From: Verrucomicrobiota bacterium | GTDB lineage: Bacteria > Verrucomicrobiota > Verrucomicrobiia > Limisphaerales > AAA164-E04 | Direction: 5' to 3' | Assembly (NCBI GenBank): GCA_047947115.1 | Contig: CP170459.1 | Span: 4,704,001-4,768,000 of the forward strand | DNA length: 64,000 nt | Shown: piece by piece, positions 32,381 through 43,569 of the stretch | Layout of the letters: every line of letters begins with the position of its first letter | Position numbering within the stretch: position 1 is the first letter of the stretch | The notes under the pieces: model-generated | The model's input: the letters and a program-made list of their open reading frames with translations, nothing else | What the model was told of the DNA's origin: nothing | The model's database searches: none | Made by a program: the position numbers and the translations under genes

Positions 32381-34147
32381 ATGAATAGCAGATTAAACAG
32401 AGTTCAAACGGGCCTGAGATGCGTCCTCGCAGGCTTGATGGCGGCAGCCTTCATCACACACTTTCATTTCGCCCGAGCCCAATCCACCTCACGTCCCAAT
32501 GTCATTTTGGTCATCACCGATGACCAAGGTTACGGCGATGTTGGAGCACATGGGAATACGATGATTCAGACGCCCCAGTTGGATAAACTCCATGCACAGA
32601 GCGTCCGCCTGACCCAGTTTCATGTGGACCCGACCTGTTCCCCCACCCGTTCGGCACTGATGACCGGACGCTACTCCACGCGCACCGGAGTCTGGCACAC
32701 CATCCTTGGTCGTTCCATTCTCTACAAAGACGAAGTCACCATGGCGGATGTGTTCAAAGCGGGCGGCTACCGCACCGGTATCTTCGGGAAATGGCATCTG
32801 GGGGATAATTACCCATCCCGCCCCATGGACCGGGGATTTGATGTTTCGGTGGTGCATGGTGGTGGGGGTGTGACTCAAACACCGGATTACTGGGACAACG
32901 ATTATTTCGACGACACCTATTTTCGGAATGGAGACCCGGAAAAATTCGATGGTTACTGCACTGATGTCTTTTTCCGTGAAGCTTCCAAATTCATTCAATC
33001 CGACAGCGACCAACCATTCTTCTGCTACCTGACCACCAACGCGCCGCATGGACCTTTCAACGTATCACAAGCTTACAAGCAACCCTATCTTGACAAGGGA
33101 GTGCCCGAACCCATGGCCAGTTTCTACGGCATGATCACCAATATCGATGACAACATGGGACGCCTGACCGCGATGCTGGAGGAGACCGGATTGGACCAGA
33201 ACACCATCCTGATCTTCATGACGGACAACGGAACCGCGGCAGGTGTGACAGGCAATCCGAAGGAGGAATCAAATGCATGGGCTGGTTTCAACGATGGTAT
33301 GCGCGGACAAAAAGGATCAGCCTATGAAGGCGGTCATCGCGTTCCGTTTTTCATCCGTTGGCCAAAAGGAAACCTTGGTCAACCCAGAGATGTTTCCAAT
33401 TTGAGTGCGCACATCGACATACTCCCAACCCTGGCGGACCTCTGTGAGATCGATTTACCCACAGATCGCCATCTTGACGGCACAAGCCTGGCACCCTTGA
33501 TCAAGGGGGCTGAAGTCAACTGGCCGAACCGAACCCTGTTCGTTCATTCACAACGCATTGAATACCCTCGCAAATGGAAAACATGTTCCGTCATGACCGA
33601 GGAATGGCGACTGATCGACGGCAAGGAATTATATCGAATCGAGGATGACCGCGGACAAACCAAAGACCTCAGCGCACAATTCCCCGGTGTGGTCGAAAAT
33701 CTGCGCCATCAATACGAACAATGGTGGACCACTCTGGAACCCCGCTTCGATGATTATCCTTACATCAGCATCGGAAATGACGCCGAAAACCCGGCCAAAG
33801 TCACCGCCCACGATTGGCACGGACCGGCCGTTCCCTGGAACCAACGCATGGTCCGCAACATGCCTCATCACAATGGTTACTGGATGGTCAATGTTGAACA
33901 AACAGGATGGTACCGATTCACCCTCCGCCACTGGCCCGAGGGCACAGGCAAGATCATCAAAGCCAAACAGGCGCGATTGAAGATTGCCGATGTTGACAAC
34001 ACCATCGTACTGACCGATCAAAAGGACCGCGTCATGTTCAATGTCTACCTCCCCAAGGGCAAAACCAAGATGCAAACCTGGTTGACCGAAAAGGACAACG
34101 ACAAATCCCGCGGAGCATTCTTCGTCGATGTGGAGCATTTGAAGTAA
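32381..34147 (+). CDS. Arylsulfatase-family sulfatase
   Basis: PNVILVITDDQG, CSPTR, GKWHLG, TDNG, EGGHRVP. Confidence 0.93.
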   Translation: MNSRLNRVQTGLRCVLAGLMAAAFITHFHFARAQSTSRPNVILVITDDQGYGDVGAHGNTMIQTPQLDKLHAQSVRLTQFHVDPTCSPTRSALMTGRYSTRTGVWHTILGRSILYKDEVTMADVFKAGGYRTGIFGKWHLGDNYPSRPMDRGFDVSVVHGGGGVTQTPDYWDNDYFDDTYFRNGDPEKFDGYCTDVFFREASKFIQSDSDQPFFCYLTTNAPHGPFNVSQAYKQPYLDKGVPEPMASFYGMITNIDDNMGRLTAMLEETGLDQNTILIFMTDNGTAAGVTGNPKEESNAWAGFNDGMRGQKGSAYEGGHRVPFFIRWPKGNLGQPRDVSNLSAHIDILPTLADLCEIDLPTDRHLDGTSLAPLIKGAEVNWPNRTLFVHSQRIEYPRKWKTCSVMTEEWRLIDGKELYRIEDDRGQTKDLSAQFPGVVENLRHQYEQWWTTLEPRFDDYPYISIGNDAENPAKVTAHDWHGPAVPWNQRMVRNMPHHNGYWMVNVEQTGWYRFTLRHWPEGTGKIIKAKQARLKIADVDNTIVLTDQKDRVMFNVYLPKGKTKMQTWLTEKDNDKSRGAFFVDVEHLK

Positions 34148-34240
34148 GCAGATAGTCAGCTTCAGGCATCGTAAAAAAGGCCAGCTAGTTCGAACAAAGG
34201 CAATGCGCCTGAAATAAACTCATATGGGGGGCAACCATCC

Positions 34241-34274
34241 AAAGATCATTTCGTTCATCGAAATGATCTTTTTT
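34241..34274. terminator. Bidirectional terminator between convergent genes
   Basis: 13-bp perfect stem AAAGATCATTTCG-TTCAT-CGAAATGATCTTT. Confidence 0.8.
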
Positions 34275-37200
34275 ATCGGGATACATTCAAAGGTTGCACA
34301 AACAATCCAACCGGCCAGGCCTTGACTGTGAAATCGTCCGATGCGGTGGCCAACCATTGGTTGTCGGGACTGAAGGCCATTTCATTAACTTGATGAGAAT
34401 GGGCGCGGAAAGAAGCAATCATTTCGTGCGTTTTGGTGTCCCACAATTCAATTTGCCCCAAATGATGATGTGTCACGATTACCAACAGACGTCGATCGGG
34501 GCTCATTCTTGACCACCGATATTCTTTGTGAGACATGTCTTCCTGGTTCATCATTGCAAGCGAGTTTTTCATTTCACCGGAATCCAAATTCCAAAAGCCA
34601 AGAATTCCCCTTCTTGTCACCGTGATAATTTCACCCTCGTCCTCATTTAACCAGGCACCGAGCAAGGCCGAATCAAAATCCCGAAGGTCAACGAGTTGCC
34701 GGCCGGATTCCACCTCCCATACACCAACATTGAATTGATGCATGAACAGTCGTTTGGAATCCTGCGAAAAACTGGCTGAAAAGCCGGCTTTGACTCCTTC
34801 CAATTGATGAGCTAATTGACCATCTTTCAAGTTGTAGATGCGAGCAGGTTCACTTTGGTCTGACAGCAACATCCATCGTCCATCCGGACTAAAACAAACA
34901 TGAGTCAAGAGACGGTCGAACCCCGCGAATATGGAAACCAGTTGTCTTTTCTCAACGTCGAACAAATAGGGATCGTGGGCCACACTTCTGTTTTCCCAAC
35001 GAGTCCCTTTACTCACACCGTTCCGAGCTAATGTGTTCTTATGGTACCTGCCTGACGGATCAACCAAGACATACTTGCCAGAAGGATCGGGATGCACTTC
35101 AGACACGGTCGACAGCAATCCCGGCACCCCCCAAAGGATCTCCTTGTTTCTTCAATCCCACAAACGAGCAGGCTGAAAAGACATTTTGGTGGGAGGCAAC
35201 CCGAGAATGTTTAAAAAGGCCCCGTCAACATCATTCGAAGCCGTCCACAACCCATTACCATCCGGACTGAAGGCCACACACCTCACCTCCCCTAAAAGCC
35301 GGTTTCGAACAACATCATTTGGCGCTTTTTCATATCCTTTAAGCATATGGTGGCGATCCGGCTGAGCCAAGGACCAGACACGAGCTGTGAGATCATCAGA
35401 ACCAGAAGCAACATGATTACTGTCGGGATGCCAATCCAATTGGGTCACACGTTTGGTATGTCCCTTAAAGGAGATCGCCATTTTCTCAAGACTGCCAGAT
35501 TCCCAAATGCGGACTGTGTGGTCTCGCGATGCCGTGGCGATATGAAAACCATTGGGATGGAATTTGCCATCTACCACCCGGTCATCATGCCCTTGCAACA
35601 CCGCCAAACCATGTCCGGTTTTCAAATCCCATAGACGCCCGGTACCATCGGCAGACACTGTCAGCAATCGTTTCTCATCGCTGGAAAAATCCACCCTCAA
35701 AACTGGAGCAGTATGTGACTTAAACAAGTGCATCAAATGTCCATCCGGCACACTGAACACGCGTGCAACGTGATCAGCGCAGGCTGTGGCCACACTTTGG
35801 CCATCAGGACTAAACTCAGCATCCAGCACCGTATGGTGATGCCCTTCCAATGCCGCGATCCATTCACGTTTTTTCAAATCCCATACTCCAACCTGGTCAG
35901 GTAAATCAGCAACAGTTACCGCCCAGCGACCGTTGTTGGAGAACTGAACCTGACAACGACTGTTGCCAAACACTTCTTTACCACCCAACACTTGTGAAAC
36001 TTGATTCCTAAATCCACCGATCTGCTTACCAGATTCGAGATCCCAAAACTTCACTAATTCCGATTCATAGGCTCTATTGTTGGTTGAACTCGTTGAACGA
36101 TGCCCGGCGGCACTCTCCTCCACTTTGACCTCCAAAACCTGCCCCATTGATGTCGTGGCTATCGATTGACCATCAGGTGTGAACTCCACCGAAGCGACCG
36201 AGGCTTCGTGCCCAGTGAGCACGTGCATTTTCCGGCCCGTGGAAGATTCCCAAATCACCGCGGTTTTATCGAGGGACGATGTCACCACCCATTGCCCATC
36301 CGGACTAAAACGGGCATCCGTCACCTGGGCGCTGTGCCCTTCCAGAACGTGCCGTATCTCCCCTGTTTTCGCATCCCATAAGCGAACTTTATTTTCACCA
36401 TTCCAAGGTCCCTCCCAGGTTGCTATAGGTTCACCCATAGGAGATAAATGAGGATAATAAAACCCTTCATCGATACTCAGAGTAAGGATCATGGATTCAT
36501 CGGGACTGAATTCGGCGTGACTGAGGGATCCATTGCTACCTTCCAAAACTAAAAGCAACTCACCCGAAAAAGCATTCCACACTCGCGCTTTTGTATCCTT
36601 GGAGGAGGTCAGTATGTTACTGCCGTCCATACTGAAAACAAGGGACGCTGCACGATCCTCATGTCGCATCACCTTCCGTGCGGTGAGGACCGGAGCACGA
36701 GCCGTTGCCAAGTCCATGGCAGCTTGATGAGCTTTTTCCAGAGCTGCTTGTTTCTGTAAGGTCTGCAGAAACAATCCCCCCAAACCAAAAACAGACAGCA
36801 AAACCACCAACACACTAAGAGCCGCAATGGAGGGTTTGCGGCGCGCCCATTTGATCTTGCGCTCCCAGAAACCACTGGGACGGGCTTCGATGGGTTGATA
36901 TGCCAACCAACGTTCCAAATCCTGCCCCAAAACCTCAGCCGACGCATAACGCCGGGCAGGATGTTTTTCCAGGCATTTCAGGCAGATGGTGGCAAGGTCA
37001 TCCGGCAGGGATTTGTTCCATTGCTTTGGGTGAGGCGGTTCATCTGACTGAACATACTGAAGCAATTCCAAAGGATCTTCTGCATCGAAAGGAGGTCTCC
37101 CGGTGAACAAATGGTAGAGCACCGCCCCCAAACTATAAACATCCGCAGAAGTGGTCAGAGGAATACGTCCGGATTTGGCCTGTTCAGGGGCCATGTAGGC

Positions 37201-37893
37201 AGGGGTTCCCATGATCGTTCCGGTGCGCGTCATCGTCACATCTTCCCCTTCCCGTTTGGCCAGACCAAAATCCGTCACCCAGGGCTCGCCCTTTGCATCG
37301 ATCAATATATTGCCTGGTTTGATGTCACGATGGAGTACTCCGCGCTGATGGGCAAAATGGACCGCCTTCACCACTTTCACCATCAACTCCACAGCCCGCC
37401 TTGGGTGAGCCATCAAAGAGGGTAGTGATTCCTTGAGAGTCCCGTTCTCAATGTATTTCATCGTAAAGAACGTTTGTCCATCATGCCTTCCTATTTCGTA
37501 TATGGGAACGATGTTGGGGTGATCCAGATGAGCAACCACTTCGGCTTCGGAAAGAAAGCGTTTGAGCACATCCTGGCGAGCAAAAGCCCCTGCGAACAGC
37601 ATTTTCAGGGCAACCACACGATTGAGCTTCTTTTGACGCGCCTTATACACCACGCCCATGCCTCCCTGTGCAATTTCCTCAAGAATCTCGTAATCCCAGG
37701 CCCCCTCCCCAACATGAGCAACATTCTGATCCGCATCTTTTGTCAGGATCATCTCATCAGACAGCACAACCGTTTCATCGATACCTGCCCGAATCAGGCA
37801 ATTGGAACAAAGTTCATCAACCGACTGGAGTGGAGCGCCGCATGTTTCACATTTTTTTGGATCATTCATGGCAGTCATTGTTTTTTCCTTCAA
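34273..37893 (-). CDS. Ser/Thr protein kinase-TM-WD40 repeat protein, interrupted by in-frame TGA at 35152-35154
   Basis: N-terminal CxxC...CxxC, GGMGVVY, HRDIKPGN, DFGLAK, GTPAYMAPE, TM, many GH...FSPDG...WD repeats. ORF 34273-35127 continues in the same frame (RLWD*RNKEILWGVP). Confidence 0.88.
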
Positions 37894-37944
37894 TGTCTAC
37901 TGATGAATGATCCTCCAAAGGTAACGCATTTTTTGAAAAAAAGT

Positions 37945-38694
37945 TCAGGACGAGGAAAGACAATACTGCAAATAGCCCAGCTCCTCCTGAATTTTGGTAG
38001 GGTCATCGATCGTATCCGCCACTTTGCGATGCAACAGATCGCGATACTGCTCGCGCAGCCGTTTCACTTTCATCTTCACCGCCGCCTCGCTCAATCGGAG
38101 TTCTTTTGCTATATCTTGATAACGGATTTGTCCTGCTTGCTTCAACATATGTGGTTTCAATCGTTCGAACTCGTCCAATCGACCAACAGACTCCCATTGC
38201 GCCCGTAAGACATCCATCACTTCTCCCAGCAGACTCAAGGCCCAACGCCGTTCGTAAGCCCGTTCGGGGTCCGAGGTTTGCCAGGTTTCCGCCGCCAGGC
38301 GCTCCTCTCCGCTCAAGGCGTCGAGAGAAACCAGCTCCGTCCCACCTCCACGTTTGAGGGCGCGCTGTTTGTTCCATTGGTTCTGGATGTAATGTTTGAA
38401 AGCCCCCAGGAGAAAAGACCGGAATCGACCACGCATCGGGTCGGCTTGAGCCAGATATTGCCGGCTCAGCAAGCGCTCGAAAAAACCCTGCACCAGATCA
38501 CGTGCGGATTCGCGATCATTTCCCAACTGTCGCGCAAAGGCATATAAAGGATACCAATATCGTTCGCATAAAATTTGCAAGGCATCCCAACCCCGGGTCT
38601 TTTCAGGATCGGTCGCCGCTTTCACCTGCGTCCACAGGGTCGTGGCAAACCATCCCGGCCGCACTTCACTGGAGGTTGTGGCATGCTGCTTCAT
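37945..38694 (-). CDS. ECF sigma factor, PVC kinase-associated type
   Basis: F.TT.W, YWYPLYAF, ARDLVQGFF, GRFRSFL, KRGGG, sigma4 SEAAVKMKVKRLR. Confidence 0.88.
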   Translation of the reverse strand: MKQHATTSSEVRPGWFATTLWTQVKAATDPEKTRGWDALQILCERYWYPLYAFARQLGNDRESARDLVQGFFERLLSRQYLAQADPMRGRFRSFLLGAFKHYIQNQWNKQRALKRGGGTELVSLDALSGEERLAAETWQTSDPERAYERRWALSLLGEVMDVLRAQWESVGRLDEFERLKPHMLKQAGQIRYQDIAKELRLSEAAVKMKVKRLREQYRDLLHRKVADTIDDPTKIQEELGYLQYCLSSS

Positions 38695-38703
38695 GGGGAT
38701 TTG

Positions 38704-41700
38704 TTAAAGAGACTGCATTTGCAGATAGGCAATCAGGTCGGCAAGATCCTGATCGCTCAGTGCCTCTCCCCACCCCTCGGGCATCAGTGAGCGTGTGGCG
38801 GGTCGAAGCGATTCAACCTGGTCATTTGGTATGGATCTTTTCTCGCCGGTAGTGGTGGTGATTGCGATACTGTCTGCTGTTTGTTCACCCAACAACACCG
38901 TCCATTCCGTTTCATCTTTCAACACCAGTTCGTGTGCCAGGTAGGTTTGTTCGATGGCATCGTTTGGATTCAGGATGGCGGTGAGCAAGGCCAGTCCGGA
39001 CCGGTCGCTCAGAGCATTGAGATCCGGCCCGACACTGGCGCCCTCTCCACCAAACAGATGACAGACACTGCAGTTCTGCTTGAACAGTTCCTGTCCGTGC
39101 CTGGTGTTCCTGGAAAGTTTGGCGATCTTTTCGAAGCGTTGCTGGACGGTTTGATCGGGAACACGGTTCAAACCCAACCGATGTGAACGTTGATCCAAAG
39201 CTTCTTTAACAATAGGTTTCAACGCGGCATTGGGGAGATTCCTCAAAGCGATGGTCATCTCGGGAGTGATGGTGGCATCAACCAAAGGTTGTTCGCCTGA
39301 TTCGAAATGTCCCGTCGCCAAAACGTTCAGAAACCGTTTTGTCCAGGATTCACGCTTCAACACAATCCCCAACAAGATCCGGCGTTCTTCCAAAGAACAA
39401 CGATTCCACAAGGATTCAAGCCAGCCTGAATTTTCACCTAAAGATTCCGGGCGATTGGAAATCTGGTTCAGGATGTGGCGCTTCGTCTCCGTACCCAAAC
39501 CACTCTGCCCAGCGAACAAATATTCAAGCCACGGAACCCAGTCCTGAACCCCGCCCAGAGCAAACATGAAATCAAAAGCAAGGATCCTTTGTCCAGTAGA
39601 AGCTTGAGCATCAAGCAGCACGGGAATCATCAGTTCCGTCATTTCCCTGACAGGCCAGCCATCGGCTTCTTTCACTGATCCGCCGCTCTTTGCAAATTGT
39701 GTCAGAAGTGAGATCTTACCTGACAGGCTTTGGTCCGTGACGCCCGTTTTACCGGCGTATCCGTTTGCAAGTGATTCTACTGATAAATCAGGATCCAGCG
39801 GCAAATGCGCCTTAGGTTGGAGGGCACCACTTTTTTCTTGATCCAAACGAGTGGCTTGCCGGACCGCATGGTCCAGCCACGGAACTTTTTCACGAAAGGC
39901 CAAACTCAACAGGTCGTTGCGCAACGGCCCTTCCAGACATGTTTCACACGACATGGCGTGCTTCAACATGGGTTCCAGATGAACGCTGGCAGTGGTCAGC
40001 AAAGCCTCCTTGAAATAAGGCCGTCGTTGGTCCCGATGCATCGCTTGAGCCAGGAAGTCGCCACTCCATTCATTTTCAACTGCACCGAGCGTCAAGATGG
40101 CCTGATAACGTACGGACCGGGCGGGATCTTCCAGGAGTTTTGAAAACGTTGATGCGTATGTTTCCTCAGTTTCCAAGGCTCTTTGGTAGGCAGCAAATTC
40201 AGACAACTGGAGAGCATTTTCCCTCACTCCTTCATGTGGATCCTTCAGAATCGCCAGCAGGTCATCCACACTCAAGTGACCCAGTCCATGCAGTGTCCAC
40301 ATCGCATGAAGTCGCGCTTTGGGTTGAACGGCCGTTCGCAGCATGGTCTTAAGCACGGCGGACTGTCCTTCGGCGTGAGAAGAAACAAGCAAACGCTGGG
40401 CTGTATCCCGAACCCATCCGTTATCGTTCTCCAGCATGACTGTCCATTCTGAAGCAGTCATGGAATCCATGTTTGGCATACCACGGTTGTCGACACCTTT
40501 TCGGTGAATGCGATAAATGCGGCCCTTGTCCGTACCCGCTCGGGTGTCCATGTATTGTTCAACATCATCCGGAATCCATTCGGTATGCTCGATGATCAGC
40601 CGGTACATATCCGAAACATACAAAGCGCCATCCGGTCCGGTCTTGGACATGGAGGGGCGAAACCAGGGATCGGTGCTGGCAAAGAACTCACGTTGCTGTT
40701 CGTCCTCCGGCCGGTTTGCTTTGAAACTCATGCCATCCGGCTCCAACACAAGGTGCCTGACGAGATTATGCACGGGTTCACAAATGAAAACATGCTGTTT
40801 GTCATCATCAAACAAAACGGTGTCACGGTATAGTGACGGGCCGCAGGCCGAAGTTACGTGCCCCCGCATGCCAATGTCATTGAATCGTTGAAGCGTGGGA
40901 GCGATTTGATTGACCTTTTTCAGTTCCGGTTCGCTTGCCAATTGAATCTTGTTGGATCCCAGGTCTGCAAACGACACCCGACCTGCATAGCGTTCGGGAA
41001 GATGGTAGTGCCAAAGCCAGTTTGGATTGTTGTTGCCAAACCAATGCCCCCAATCGTCGCGGCGCCTGCCAAACTGCGTCTGTCCTTCCACCCTTTCAAA
41101 CCTACCACTCACCGGATCAAAACGGAAATCCCTGCGACGAATGTCCCACTCCTCATCCGACCAGAGAGATCGGACTATGCCGCTGCTGTCTCCATTGGCA
41201 CCATACAATTGATGATCCAGACCATAAACGAATCCATTGACGAGATGCTGCTGATTCCACACCCCGAATCCGTCAAAAAGCCTCCTCACAAGATCCGCCT
41301 TGCCGTCTCCGTCCAGATCGGATGCGAAAAAGACATTGGGTGCGGAGCTAATCCACAACCCATTTTCCCATGGATAAATACCATTCGGGAACGGGATCTG
41401 ATCCAGAAAAATCAATGACTCATCATATACACCATCTCCATCCACATCCTCCAGGCGCTTGATCCGTCCACCAGGGGCACCGGCCCCATCCAAGCCCATG
41501 GGATAATCCCTCATTTCCGCCACCCAGAGGAAACCATCCGATGACCATTCGAAAGCCACCGGATCTTCGACCAGTGGTTCGGAAGCCACACATGTCAACT
41601 CGTAGGAATCTCCTACCTGAAGTGATGCCATCGCTTCGGACAGGGATTTGGGTTTGGGACGGTTACCCAAAAGGATTTCCTGAAACGCTTTACGCTGCAC

Positions 41701-43527
41701 CAAATCGGGCAAATGGGCTGTGTCCTCGTTCTGCACCCATACATGCCCTTTTGCAAACCATGCACCATTGTCCCGATGCGCCCCTGCCCGCACAAAGGCC
41801 GGGATGGCGTCTTCATCGGATCGTTTCCCTTCCATGATCAGACGCGACCAACCTGCTTGAAAACCCAACACCCATTCCGGAATAAAAATGTAGGCCGAAT
41901 AACGCGTTTCATCGGATTGAATCAAATCCAGCCAACCATCCGAGTTGATGTCCACCAGGCGAACTCCCATGTCTCTTCCCTGGTCATCCACCAGAGTCAC
42001 ATCATCCGGCCAAAAATAGCTCATCTCCTCCCAGGTCTTGCGATCCTGCCTCCACTTCAAGACACCTTGCTGGCCCGGATACCCGACAATCAATTCATCC
42101 ACTCCGTCATGATCCACATCATGCACCAGCACACCATCTGTATTGTTTTGCAACACAGTAGGTACGGCCCTGCCTTTGCATCGCAACTCAGATATCAAAC
42201 TCCCCAAAGTAATCAGCTCATCCGCTTCGCTCAGCCAGGCGCCCTCTCCTTTGTCGTCACGATAGAACCAAGCCGTTGGCCCATCTTTCCAAAACACTCC
42301 GTGTTTGAGTCCGGTGGCATGGGCTCCATCTGTTTGAACCGGTAGAGGCGACGCTTGATCCATGTAGCTGCCAAGTTCTTCGTTCCAAATGCGAACCGTT
42401 CCCTTTTCTTGACCTCCCAACACCACATCGAGGTATCCATCCCGATTGATATCCACCAGGCGATTGCCGGCATCCTTGCCATCCGGACGACGCAATCCAT
42501 GGCCTGACAAGAGATGTTCGCGCAAACGTTCCGCAGCTTCCTTGAAGGTCAGAAACAACACACGTCGACCAAAAGTTTCGTCCGCATAATCGATGAACTC
42601 ATTAACCTGATCATTGCGTATCCAACCGTGGGGATGAAAAACCCAGGTGAACACTCCCTGCTTTTTAACCGTTAAATCCAGGGCCCGTTTCCAATCCTCG
42701 ACAGTGGTTTCGTTGTTCACACCATGTAAATTCTGCGCTTCCCAGTCACTGGGCGCCAAAGCCGGAAACTCCCAGCAGACATCGTTGATCACATATGGAT
42801 ACGGATAATTCTCAATGGTGGTCGTGAACGAAGGAAATGGCACGTACTTGGTAAAGCGTTCTTTTCCTTCAGCATCCAGCACCAGATTTCCAGGCAATTC
42901 GGAGTCGTCTGATGTCAGGAGGCAGACGACACTCGAGTCGATTTCAAGAAACCCTCCCTCCTCCGAGGTGTAGGGAAATATTTCACTGTAGAACCTCGGG
43001 CTGGGCGAATTGATCGAATCACAGCAAGGCATGCGGTAAGCAACGGTCCGGTTGTTGGGAATACGATTGAGTAAGTCAACACCACCAAAAAAGGTATTCT
43101 GAGCAGCAGGAAAATCTCCTTTGGCAAGCAAGGGACACGGATGCGAGAGCGTATGAACTTCGAGGGAAAGTCCCTCCTTGAGCCAGATTTGGAACCGCGG
43201 TTCATTCGGATCAAGACTATTGCAATAAATACTGACCGGTGCTCGTCCGTCGATTTTCTTGAGACGATTCAGAATGGGACGCAGGTAATCCTCATACTTT
43301 TGAGTCGTTCGAAGGTCATCGATAGCCAGGATAACCACAGCATCAACGCCTTCTTCCCCCACCCATTGGGGCGTGGTCAGTTTCGGGAAATCCTTATCAA
43401 CATAAAAAGGATTGTTCGGGACCAACTGCTGCTGCCCCCCCAAGACAGCGAGTCCGGCCCCTCCAACACCCAACAAAACTCCAAACAACAACCTGATGAA
43501 ACCATGTGACAAAAAGGAGGAATGCAT
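38704..43527 (-). CDS. PVC-type CxxCH heme dehydrogenase-like protein with N-terminal polysaccharide-deacetylase-like and FG-GAP regions
   Basis: AIDD/EVHTLSHP/YRMP; DINRDGYLD repeats; ASEPLVEDPVAF...AEMRDYP...DPWFRP...GPDGALY..DMYR..IEH; HEAT-like helices; CSVCH...GPDL...SLMPEG. Confidence 0.88.
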   Translation of the reverse strand: MHSSFLSHGFIRLLFGVLLGVGGAGLAVLGGQQQLVPNNPFYVDKDFPKLTTPQWVGEEGVDAVVILAIDDLRTTQKYEDYLRPILNRLKKIDGRAPVSIYCNSLDPNEPRFQIWLKEGLSLEVHTLSHPCPLLAKGDFPAAQNTFFGGVDLLNRIPNNRTVAYRMPCCDSINSPSPRFYSEIFPYTSEEGGFLEIDSSVVCLLTSDDSELPGNLVLDAEGKERFTKYVPFPSFTTTIENYPYPYVINDVCWEFPALAPSDWEAQNLHGVNNETTVEDWKRALDLTVKKQGVFTWVFHPHGWIRNDQVNEFIDYADETFGRRVLFLTFKEAAERLREHLLSGHGLRRPDGKDAGNRLVDINRDGYLDVVLGGQEKGTVRIWNEELGSYMDQASPLPVQTDGAHATGLKHGVFWKDGPTAWFYRDDKGEGAWLSEADELITLGSLISELRCKGRAVPTVLQNNTDGVLVHDVDHDGVDELIVGYPGQQGVLKWRQDRKTWEEMSYFWPDDVTLVDDQGRDMGVRLVDINSDGWLDLIQSDETRYSAYIFIPEWVLGFQAGWSRLIMEGKRSDEDAIPAFVRAGAHRDNGAWFAKGHVWVQNEDTAHLPDLVQRKAFQEILLGNRPKPKSLSEAMASLQVGDSYELTCVASEPLVEDPVAFEWSSDGFLWVAEMRDYPMGLDGAGAPGGRIKRLEDVDGDGVYDESLIFLDQIPFPNGIYPWENGLWISSAPNVFFASDLDGDGKADLVRRLFDGFGVWNQQHLVNGFVYGLDHQLYGANGDSSGIVRSLWSDEEWDIRRRDFRFDPVSGRFERVEGQTQFGRRRDDWGHWFGNNNPNWLWHYHLPERYAGRVSFADLGSNKIQLASEPELKKVNQIAPTLQRFNDIGMRGHVTSACGPSLYRDTVLFDDDKQHVFICEPVHNLVRHLVLEPDGMSFKANRPEDEQQREFFASTDPWFRPSMSKTGPDGALYVSDMYRLIIEHTEWIPDDVEQYMDTRAGTDKGRIYRIHRKGVDNRGMPNMDSMTASEWTVMLENDNGWVRDTAQRLLVSSHAEGQSAVLKTMLRTAVQPKARLHAMWTLHGLGHLSVDDLLAILKDPHEGVRENALQLSEFAAYQRALETEETYASTFSKLLEDPARSVRYQAILTLGAVENEWSGDFLAQAMHRDQRRPYFKEALLTTASVHLEPMLKHAMSCETCLEGPLRNDLLSLAFREKVPWLDHAVRQATRLDQEKSGALQPKAHLPLDPDLSVESLANGYAGKTGVTDQSLSGKISLLTQFAKSGGSVKEADGWPVREMTELMIPVLLDAQASTGQRILAFDFMFALGGVQDWVPWLEYLFAGQSGLGTETKRHILNQISNRPESLGENSGWLESLWNRCSLEERRILLGIVLKRESWTKRFLNVLATGHFESGEQPLVDATITPEMTIALRNLPNAALKPIVKEALDQRSHRLGLNRVPDQTVQQRFEKIAKLSRNTRHGQELFKQNCSVCHLFGGEGASVGPDLNALSDRSGLALLTAILNPNDAIEQTYLAHELVLKDETEWTVLLGEQTADSIAITTTTGEKRSIPNDQVESLRPATRSLMPEGWGEALSDQDLADLIAYLQMQSL

Positions 43528-43569
43528 GAAGGTATTAAAGACCGATTCGCCGGCGGAACCAAGCCGAAT

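Noticed and set aside
18772..37893. TGA reassignment (alternative genetic code) or selenocysteine to explain two in-frame TGAs
   Set aside because: Many intact genes here end in TGA at the expected family C-terminus (rnfB, sulfatase, S9 peptidase, SLC13). Neither site is a Cys-type redox position and no SECIS-like hairpin was recognised.
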